From: Candidatus Woesearchaeota archaeon
GTDB lineage: Archaea; Nanobdellota; Nanobdellia; Woesearchaeales; ARS49
Assembly: GCA_014729555.1 (NCBI GenBank)
Contig: WJJT01000021.1
Location: 1 to 57,978, forward strand
Reading direction: 5' to 3'
DNA length: 57,978 bases
The translations under genes and the position numbers were made by a program. The notes beneath the pieces are model-generated. The model was not told where the DNA came from and did not search any database. It was given only the letters and a program-made list of their open reading frames with translations. Shown here in pieces: positions 51,790 to 57,978 of this stretch; the first letter of the stretch is position 1; each line of letters begins with the position of its first letter.

Positions 51790-53243
51790 GTAAGGCTGTT
51801 TTGATTGTTTTGGATGGCTGGGGTTTGAGAAAAAGCAGGAAGCGTAATGCTGTCAAGCTTGCAAAGACCCCTAATTTTGATTCTTATTGGAAGCATTACC
51901 CTCATTGCAGGTTAAAGGCTACTGGCACTGCTGTTGGCCTGCCCAGGGGTTATATGGGTAATTCTGAGGTTGGTCATTTGAATCTTGGTGCTGGCCGTGT
52001 TGTCAAGCAGGAGGTAACTGTCATCAACGAATCTATTAAGGATGGCAGTTTTTTCAGGAACAAGGTTTTGGTTTCTAATATCAAGAAGGTTAAGAAGAAT
52101 AAGGGAAGACTGCACTTGATGGGCTTGTTGAGTGATGCTGGTGTTCATTCTCATATTAATCACTTGTTTGCTTTGCTAAAGCTTGCAAGAAAGTTTGATG
52201 TTCCTGTCTTGATTCATGTTTTTGCAGATGGCAGGGATACTCCTCCTAAGTCTGTTATGAGACACATTAGACAGCTGAAGAAAAAGATTAAGGATGAGAA
52301 GATTGCAACTGTTTCTGGCAGGTATTATGCTATGGACAGAGACAAGCGCTGGCAGAGGACTAAGAAAGCGTATGATGCTGTTGTGAATGCTAAAGGCCTG
52401 CATGCAAAGAGCATTGATAGTGCTGTCAAGCAGGCTTATGCTCGTGGTGAGAATGATGAGTTTATCCTGCCTACTGTTATTGGTGATTACAGCGGTATTA
52501 AGGATTGTGATGGTGTTGTTTTTTTTAATTATCGCGAGGACAGGGCAAGGCAGTTGACTTCTGCTGTTGCTCTTGGAAAGTTTGGAAAAAAGAAAAAGAT
52601 TGATTTTGTGTGTATGTATGAGTATGATGCTTCTTTTGGCTTGCCTGTTGCTTTTGAAAAGCCTGAGATTAAGCATGTGCTTGCAGAGGTCTTGAGCAGG
52701 GCTGGTAAAAAGCAGTTTCATATTGCTGAGACAGAGAAATATGCTCATGTTACTTATTTTTTTAATGGAGGCAGGGAAAAGCCGTTTAAAAACGAGACAA
52801 GAAAGATTGTTCCAAGCCCTAAGGTGGCTACTTATGATTTAAGGCCTAGGATGTCTGCTGCAAAGATTACTTATTCTGTCCTGAAGCAGTTGGAAAAGCA
52901 GGATTTTATTATTGTTAATTTTGCTAATCCTGATATGGTTGGGCATACGGGCGACCTTAAGGCAGCTATTGAGGCTGTTGAGTTTGTTGATGCTTGTCTT
53001 GGAAGAATTGTCAGCAGGGCGCGCAGGCTTGGAATTGCCTGTTTGATTACTGCTGATCATGGCAATTGCGAGGAGATTACCGGCAAGCGGGAGACCAGCC
53101 ACACTCTTAATGATGTGCCTTGTATTCTTGTGAGTGATTTAAGTGTTAAGTTAAAGAATGGAAAGTTGGGTAATGTTGCTCCTGCTATTCTTAAGATTCT
53201 GGGTGTTAGAAAGCCTGGTGTGATGATTTCCAGCTTGTTCTAA
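51786..53243 (+). CDS. gpmI: 2,3-bisphosphoglycerate-independent phosphoglycerate mutase (GpmI/bacterial-plant type)
   Basis: VLIVLDGWG, GNSEVGHLNLGAGR, FADGRDTPP, TADHGNCE. ATGA overlap with prs. Confidence 0.9.
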   Translation: MSKAVLIVLDGWGLRKSRKRNAVKLAKTPNFDSYWKHYPHCRLKATGTAVGLPRGYMGNSEVGHLNLGAGRVVKQEVTVINESIKDGSFFRNKVLVSNIKKVKKNKGRLHLMGLLSDAGVHSHINHLFALLKLARKFDVPVLIHVFADGRDTPPKSVMRHIRQLKKKIKDEKIATVSGRYYAMDRDKRWQRTKKAYDAVVNAKGLHAKSIDSAVKQAYARGENDEFILPTVIGDYSGIKDCDGVVFFNYREDRARQLTSAVALGKFGKKKKIDFVCMYEYDASFGLPVAFEKPEIKHVLAEVLSRAGKKQFHIAETEKYAHVTYFFNGGREKPFKNETRKIVPSPKVATYDLRPRMSAAKITYSVLKQLEKQDFIIVNFANPDMVGHTGDLKAAIEAVEFVDACLGRIVSRARRLGIACLITADHGNCEEITGKRETSHTLNDVPCILVSDLSVKLKNGKLGNVAPAILKILGVRKPGVMISSLF

Positions 53244-53290
53244 CAATAAATAGTTAAATTTTTAAACTCCTTTGGTTTTTGTTTGCTGTT

Positions 53291-53746
53291 ATGGTTAGGG
53301 ATACTGATGTGGTCTTGAGAATTGGCAGAAAGTATGGTATTGATGAGGCCTTGTCTATTTACACCTCTAAGATTTATGTGAATCACTGGGTTGGCCTGAA
53401 GTATAGGTTTGCTGTAAAGGACTCCTGCAGGCACACTCTTTCTCCTGACCAGACATACAAGCTTTTGAAAGAGTACAAACGGGCTGTGCTTGTTATTGGC
53501 AATAAGAAGGAGGATTTTAAAAAGGCTCTTGTTGAGATGGAGCAGGAGTTGGTTAAAGAGGGTTATCATAAGGCTGTTGCTTTGGTTAACGAGCCTTGTT
53601 CTATCTGCAGTGGTGATGAACTTACCAGGCCTGCTTTTGAGCCTTTGGGTATTGATATTTTTTCTACTGTCAGAAAGTTTAAGAAGAATATTTCACAGCC
53701 TGCTCCTGGAGAATACCCGCCGTATGGTATTATTCTTGTAGGATGA
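53291..53746 (+). CDS. hypothetical protein (possibly DUF2284-like metal-binding)
   Basis: C-terminal EPCSICSGDELTRPAFEPLGIDIFSTV is reminiscent of DUF2284, but the N-terminal Cys motifs are missing. An ATG at 53291 is preferred over the TTG at 53279. Confidence 0.5.
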   Translation: MVRDTDVVLRIGRKYGIDEALSIYTSKIYVNHWVGLKYRFAVKDSCRHTLSPDQTYKLLKEYKRAVLVIGNKKEDFKKALVEMEQELVKEGYHKAVALVNEPCSICSGDELTRPAFEPLGIDIFSTVRKFKKNISQPAPGEYPPYGIILVG

Positions 53747-53767
53747 TACTGAATAGCAGTTTTTGGC

Positions 53768-54154
53768 CTATATGATATCTTTAATATGTGCTGTTGATAT
53801 TGGGCAGCACTTTTGGCCTATGTAGTATCTTGGGTATTTTACTTCTATGCATCCTGGTTTGAATTCACTCATTCTTGCTAATGCATACCCTTTTGGGCAT
53901 GGCTCATACCCTAGTACATCGCTGTACGGCTGCCTTCCTTTTCTTTCTATTTTTGTTGATATTACGCCTTCTGGTGTGATGCCTGCTCCATAAAACCTGT
54001 CTACTGGCGCGTTTTGTGCTTTTTCAGCATCCACATACACTTTTTCAACTGAGTGGATTATTGATCCTGTGTTTTTCATCTGGAATAATAAAAGAAGTCC
54101 GATTATTGCGATAATTGCCACAATGCCTAGCATCACTAATGAAAAAGATTTCAT
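53768..54154 (-). CDS. signal-anchored small Cys protein, paralog 4 of array
   Basis: MKSFSLVMLGIVAIIAIIGLLLLFQMKNTGS... with C-terminal CPKGY...PGC...QKCCPIS. Confidence 0.65.
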   Translation of the reverse strand: MKSFSLVMLGIVAIIAIIGLLLLFQMKNTGSIIHSVEKVYVDAEKAQNAPVDRFYGAGITPEGVISTKIERKGRQPYSDVLGYEPCPKGYALARMSEFKPGCIEVKYPRYYIGQKCCPISTAHIKDII

Positions 54155-54188
54155 TCATTTCACCAAATTAGATAAAAAAAATAAAATT

Positions 54189-54584
54189 TTACTGCGGGAT
54201 TATCTGGCAGGCAGTATCTCCAATCCAGTAGTCTATTTGTTCTGGCCTGCTGGCTTGCCTGTTTGGATAGCAGGGTGAAGTGAATACGCTTGTTGACCTT
54301 GTTATTGTTGGCTTTACCTGCATTACTGCTGAGCCCGTGTCATAATATCCTGCGTAATATACTGGCTGTTCATATGTTTCTGGCACGCCTGTTACCCAGC
54401 TTCCGTATACTTCCTGCCATCTGTCTGTCTTTGCTCCTGAGTAGGATTTAGACACTCCATATGCAGTAGAGGATATGCTGTAGGCTCCGCTCATTGCTCC
54501 TTTGAACAGCAAGATCAATCCCACTATTGCAATCACTGCAACAATTCCTAATATTACCAGTGAAAGATGCCTCTTTTGATCCAT
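54189..54584 (-). CDS. signal-anchored small Cys protein, paralog 3 of array
   Basis: MDQKRHLSLVILGIVAVIAIVGLILLFKGAMSGA... The anchor is nearly identical to paralog 4. Y/G/S-rich middle region and two C-terminal Cys. Confidence 0.65.
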   Translation of the reverse strand: MDQKRHLSLVILGIVAVIAIVGLILLFKGAMSGAYSISSTAYGVSKSYSGAKTDRWQEVYGSWVTGVPETYEQPVYYAGYYDTGSAVMQVKPTITRSTSVFTSPCYPNRQASRPEQIDYWIGDTACQIIPQ

Positions 54585-54644
54585 TTTTTTTATTCACCTC
54601 TTGATTTATTATTTATTTTTATTTGATTACATAAATGTTTGTTC

Positions 54645-55262
54645 TTAGTATGTTGCCCGTAGTCCTGATTTAAAACAGCACCACGTGTCATCTGCGCCCC
54701 ATATTAAATCTCTGTTTTGTATTGCTGATCTCACCATTACTGTTAATGTCTGTCCAGCGGCAGTTTGGATTTGCTGTCCTGATTGATAGCATTCCAGGGT
54801 TCTAAGGCTGTGTTTAAGTTGTTCTGTTCCTGCAGCATACTGCATGCCTAACTGGCCGCTTCTTACAGGCTGATTGTAAACATAACAACCGCGTTCATTT
54901 TCATTAAGCCGCTTCCAAGACCTTTTTTTGTCCTGATAAGACGTTGTTCCTGCTATTCCTAGGTTGCCTGTTGCTTGACCTTCTCGCGTATATGCTTGGC
55001 CCCCTTCAACTTGTGCTCCGGTCTCTTCAATTATATTTGCCTGTGTCTCGCCTTGCTGGACTATGCCCCCGTAAATAGCTCTTCCGCCTGAAGCTGCTTT
55101 CCAGTATTTTCCTGGATCTCCTCCTGGTGTTTCTGCTGCTTCTCTTGTTTGTTTATATATTGAAACAGCTCCTGTATTTGCATCTGTCATCATCATCACA
55201 AATCCTACCATGCCTACTACAAACACGACTGTTAAGACAATGAATGGTGTTTTTTCACTCAT
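54645..55262 (-). CDS. signal-anchored small Cys protein, paralog 2 of array (longer, G/Q/T-rich)
   Basis: MSEKTPFIVLTVVFVVGMVGFVMMMTDANTGAV... with C-terminal GCYVYN, LECYQSG and WCCFKSG. Confidence 0.65.
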   Translation of the reverse strand: MSEKTPFIVLTVVFVVGMVGFVMMMTDANTGAVSIYKQTREAAETPGGDPGKYWKAASGGRAIYGGIVQQGETQANIIEETGAQVEGGQAYTREGQATGNLGIAGTTSYQDKKRSWKRLNENERGCYVYNQPVRSGQLGMQYAAGTEQLKHSLRTLECYQSGQQIQTAAGQTLTVMVRSAIQNRDLIWGADDTWCCFKSGLRATY

Positions 55263-55273
55263 CTTTTTTCACC

Positions 55274-55663
55274 TCATATACCTACACAGCAATACTTGTC
55301 TGTGTATACATCTTCTACACTGAAATATGGATAGCATTTGTTTAAGTCATTTATTTCATCCATGCTTATGTACGTTGGAACATCTGTTAAGTCATATAGC
55401 TCTCCCTGAATTGATAACACAAAGCAGGATTTTCTTGGTTTTACTCCTGCTATTGCAGAGCCCCATGCTCCAAAGACACCTTTTTCTTTTTTTGCTGCCT
55501 CTATTGCTTCTGGTGTTGCTATAGCCCTGCCGTACATAGGAGATTTTGCAACCATCCCTGTTGTTCCAGTATTGTATAGCATAACCATTCCGACTACTGC
55601 CAGAACAGATACTATTGCTAGAAGTGTCATAGGAAAATTTTTCTCAAAGTCCATTATTTTCAC
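55274..55663 (-). CDS. signal-anchored small Cys protein, paralog 1 of array
   Basis: ...PMTLLAIVSVLAVVGMVMLYNTGTTGMVA... with C-terminal SCF..., NKCYPYF and KYCCVGI. Confidence 0.65.
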   Translation of the reverse strand: MKIMDFEKNFPMTLLAIVSVLAVVGMVMLYNTGTTGMVAKSPMYGRAIATPEAIEAAKKEKGVFGAWGSAIAGVKPRKSCFVLSIQGELYDLTDVPTYISMDEINDLNKCYPYFSVEDVYTDKYCCVGI

Positions 55664-55722
55664 CTCAGTTTTTTACTTGATAAGAGAATAATATTAGTTT
55701 GTGTATATAAATCTTTTGCTAT

Positions 55723-56160
55723 TTAAGTAAAAAAAAACATGCCTGCAGCCACTGCTAAAAACACCACTATATTTAGTATTATCTCTTTCTTATTTTTCAT
55801 CAATGAGCCTGCCGGAAGCCCGTAAAGAAAAATAACTCCGCTTATTAATAAGAAACTGCCAGTTAGTGAAGCTAGATACATTCCCAATCCCAGGATCACA
55901 GAGATAAAATATGTTGGTATTTTCTTGGACCAGCTTAAATAAACAAAGATTATCAAGGCTCCTGTCCAGGTGTAGTGAACATTTGTTCTGTTGAAATGCA
56001 TCACTAAAAAAACAGTTAGGCAAAACAAGAATTTCTGCAGTATCAGGAAATATTTCTTTCCTGGCTTTATTTCCTCCTTTGCAATCCTGGCAAGCGCTCT
56101 TCCTGATACTAAACCAAGTGCAGCAACAACAGCAGCCAGCACATAATTTATGACTTCCAT
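55723..56160 (-). CDS. four-TM membrane protein (hypothetical)
   Basis: 145-aa ORF with four hydrophobic helices. Its start overlaps the stop of the Dph2 N-domain gene by 13 nt. Confidence 0.6.
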   Translation of the reverse strand: MEVINYVLAAVVAALGLVSGRALARIAKEEIKPGKKYFLILQKFLFCLTVFLVMHFNRTNVHYTWTGALIIFVYLSWSKKIPTYFISVILGLGMYLASLTGSFLLISGVIFLYGLPAGSLMKNKKEIILNIVVFLAVAAGMFFFT

Positions 56161-56402
56161 TCAGAATGCCCCCATTGTATCAATAAGTCAACTCCTAAAT
56201 CCTCTGCTTGTTTTGGAATGTCACAAGCACCATAACAAGAGCCAAGCCATATTATTACCTCTGCGCGTGTTTTTTCTTTCAGTTCTTTTGCAATCTTTTC
56301 AGCCTCTGGCTTCAGGCCATCAGGAAGCTGCACACAAACACGTTTAGCTTTTGTCTTTTTTATCTCTTCACAAGCCTTCTCTAATTCTAAGTCATATTCC
56401 AT
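56148..56402 (-). CDS. dph2: diphthamide synthase Dph2, N-terminal domain only (split gene, part 1)
   Basis: MEYDLELEKACEEIKKTKAKRVCVQLPDGLKPEAEKIAKELKEKTRAEVIIWLGSCYGACDIPKQAEDLGVDLLIQWGHS matches Dph2 domain 1, including the CYGACD cluster-ligand region. It ends where the 33702-34316 product begins to align. Start set at the ATG at 56402. Confidence 0.75.
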   Translation of the reverse strand: MEYDLELEKACEEIKKTKAKRVCVQLPDGLKPEAEKIAKELKEKTRAEVIIWLGSCYGACDIPKQAEDLGVDLLIQWGHSEWKS

Positions 56403-56498
56403 AGAACGAACAATATCTGATGATTTTAAAAAACTATTGATAATCCGAGCATTAGCGAGGACTAGCTGCACAAAGTGCCCTTTCTATTTTTAGAAAAC

Positions 56499-56506
56499 TA
56501 TTTAAA
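56499..56506 (+). promoter_or_regulatory. TATA box of tRNA-Asn
   Basis: TATTTAAA ends 25 nt upstream of tRNA position 1 (56531). Confidence 0.5.
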
Positions 56507-56530
56507 GCCTCTATAATCACTACTTGTCAA

Positions 56531-56618
56531 GCCCCTGTAGCTTAGTGGTAGAGCGTGCGGCTGTTAAACTCAATTTTTAGAAACCGCAAGGTCGCAGGTT
56601 CAAATCCTGCCGGGGGCG
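56531..56618 (+). tRNA. tRNA-Asn(GUU) with 16-nt intron at 37/38
   Basis: Manual fold. Acceptor GCCCCTG/CGGGGGC. D arm GCTT-AGTGGTA-GAGC. Anticodon stem TGCGG/CCGCA with loop CTGTTAA interrupted by 16 nt (about 56567-56582). T arm GCAGG-TTCAAAT-CCTGC. Discriminator G. T-run after the 3' end. Confidence 0.85.
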
Positions 56619-56640
56619 TTTTATTCTATCCAAGAAATAA

Positions 56641-57789
56641 TTATTTCTTTTTAGGCAAAGTATATTCATTAGTGAAATAATCCTGCATTCTCTCTGTCAA
56701 GCCGCTGCTGGCTTCTGCTCTGCAGCTTGCCACTGCACTGCAGAAAGCATTTGCATCAGAAACGCCGTGTCCTTTTTTCAGTATGGCGCTTCTGTATTGT
56801 GCACGTGATCTCAGGCCGTGAAGTGTTGCAGCGCCATAGCCTTCAAAAGCAAAAAGTTTTATCAGCCTGCTTATCACATTTCTGGGAATATTTTCTACTT
56901 TTTTCATAATCGCGCCCATTTCCGGCTGGGGTTTAATCTTCCCTTGCTCGACTGCAATTTGATAATCCAGGACTATATCTTTAACAGTGTCTGAAATGAA
57001 ATGTTTTGTATAACCTAAGATCGTCTCTGCTTTTGCCTCTATTGCCTTTAGTATAAGGTTTCCTGTGTGTCCGTCAATCACTACTGCATGAGCCTTGCTT
57101 AGTTCTGCATCTCTTGGCTCTGCTCTGCTTACATTTATTGTTTCTATTCCTGCAGCTTCGCAAAGCTCCATTGTTCTTCTGACTAATTTGTTTCCTTTGT
57201 ATACTTCTGAGCCGACTGTTAATATGCCTATTTTTGGATCTGTGATTCCTTCTCTTTCATCCAGGACTATTCTTGCGATTTGGGCAAATTGATACAAGTG
57301 GTGTGCTCTGCAAACCATGTTTGCGCCTATGTCTAAGTAAAGCACTTTATCTGCTGCATCTCTTACCTTGATGAATTCTGCGAGAGGCAGCTGGTCTACG
57401 TTAGGCATTGCAAAATCATGCAGTTTTCCGGCGATGTGCTGTATTATTTTGGTTGTGTCGCCTATTGTCAATCCGCCGTCAAAATCTTGTCCAATGCCGT
57501 CTACGAGTTTGTTCAAAGAACTGCAGGATAGGTTATGCGAATCAAAATAAGTTTCTGCTGGTTCGATATGCACCGGGACTTTAACATCCAGTTCGTCTAA
57601 TTCTCTTTTAATATCATCTTCATGGCCAATAAGAACAAGTTCGCTGTTTTTTTGTTCATTAAGTGCTTTTACTGCACCTTTTACTGCTCTTTCAACAACT
57701 GGCTGTTCTCTTCGCTTTCCATCCAAGCCCACTACATACTGGTCTCCCCCCAGGGTATCAACAGCGATTATTGTTTGGTATTCACTCAT
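56641..57789 (-). CDS. plsX: PlsX-family (phosphate acyltransferase-like) protein, divergent
   Basis: IAVDTLGGD, YLDIGANMVCRAHHLYQFA, PKIGILTVGSEVYKGN, VVIDGHTGNLILKAIEA and YGAATLHGL...KKGHGVSD line up with PlsX motifs. An insertion follows GGD, and the central AGNTGA region is diverged. Confidence 0.7.
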   Translation of the reverse strand: MSEYQTIIAVDTLGGDQYVVGLDGKRREQPVVERAVKGAVKALNEQKNSELVLIGHEDDIKRELDELDVKVPVHIEPAETYFDSHNLSCSSLNKLVDGIGQDFDGGLTIGDTTKIIQHIAGKLHDFAMPNVDQLPLAEFIKVRDAADKVLYLDIGANMVCRAHHLYQFAQIARIVLDEREGITDPKIGILTVGSEVYKGNKLVRRTMELCEAAGIETINVSRAEPRDAELSKAHAVVIDGHTGNLILKAIEAKAETILGYTKHFISDTVKDIVLDYQIAVEQGKIKPQPEMGAIMKKVENIPRNVISRLIKLFAFEGYGAATLHGLRSRAQYRSAILKKGHGVSDANAFCSAVASCRAEASSGLTERMQDYFTNEYTLPKKK

Positions 57790-57838
57790 ATTTATTCACT
57801 CATTTTATTACTTTTTAAAGCTTTTGACAAAATATTGA

Positions 57839-57978
57839 TGGGCCTGCGGAGATTTGAACTCCGGACCTCACGATTTGTGAATTCTTGTTCAGTCACTGGA
57901 GACAGAGTCTTCAATGGTGAATCTCCCGAAGAAGATTCGCGAACTCGAATTTATCAGTCGTGCGCTCCACCAGGCTAA
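57839..57978 (-). tRNA. tRNA-Ile(GAU) with 77-nt intron at 37/38, 5' end beyond window
   Basis: Minus strand reads ...TT-AGCCTGGTG-GAGC-G-CACGA-CTGATA[A + intron]-TCGTG-AGGTC-CGGAG-TTCAAAT-CTCCG-CAGGCCC-A. About 11 nt of the acceptor 5' strand and D stem lie past base 57978. Confidence 0.8.

Noticed and set aside
52176-52748. 190-aa minus-strand ORF
   Set aside because: Antisense to gpmI.
57860-57940. Possible C/D-box sRNA embedded in the tRNA-Ile intron
   Set aside because: A D-box-like CUGA is present (GUGACUGAAC). There is no canonical C box (RUGAUGA) near the intron 5' end, only a one-mismatch UGAAGA internally. This is not enough to call a guide RNA, but it could be revisited with RNA-seq.
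57622-57978. 118-aa plus-strand ORF at the window end
   Set aside because: It runs antisense through the plsX-like 5' end, its promoter and the whole tRNA-Ile gene. The tRNA fold explains the region.
1-57978. CRISPR arrays, IS elements or transposases, integrases, rRNA genes, prophage blocks
   Set aside because: Reading both strands by eye, I saw no regularly spaced direct repeats, no transposase or integrase motifs and no rRNA-like sequence. A repeat-finder should confirm this.

Overview
AT-rich archaeal chromosomal segment. Gene content suggests a small-genome, DPANN-like archaeon; this is inference only. Archaeal markers include thermosome, FtsZ, ftsZ-secE-spt5-rpl11, rpl44e-rps27e-aIF2alpha-nop10-PAC2, Elp3, aIF1A and AlaX. 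Two tRNAs carry anticodon-loop introns. TATA-like boxes sit about 25-35 nt upstream of starts, GGTGA/GGGGGAT Shine-Dalgarno-like sites are common, and many neighbouring genes overlap by 4 nt (ATGA). I call about 76 protein genes, 2 tRNAs, 1 truncated gene and a few regulatory sites. No rRNA, CRISPR array, transposase or integrase was seen. Most notable observations: (1) Diphthamide synthase Dph2 appears split into two genes 22 kb apart, so the three Fe-S cysteine ligands sit on two polypeptides. (2) A tandem array of four paralogous signal-anchored small Cys proteins (53768-55663). (3) An extracytoplasmic thiol-disulfide module: a triple thioredoxin-fold protein plus a DsbA domain fused to a two-TM module with two C-x9-C pairs. 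It sits in a window rich in secreted Cys-rich proteins. (4) Bacterial-type acyl-lipid enzymes: a PlsC-like gene in an operon with an ANL adenylating enzyme and acdA, and a divergent PlsX-like gene between two intron-containing tRNAs. (5) tRNA-Ile(GAU) has a 77-nt structured intron. (6) An nrdR-nrdJ-cobA operon with a candidate NrdR box. (7) A wHTH-MNT/HEPN cassette with overlapping palindromes, next to a truncated methyltransferase. (8) Long charged or Pro-rich extensions on L11 and other housekeeping proteins. All homology calls come from motif recognition by eye; no database search was run.
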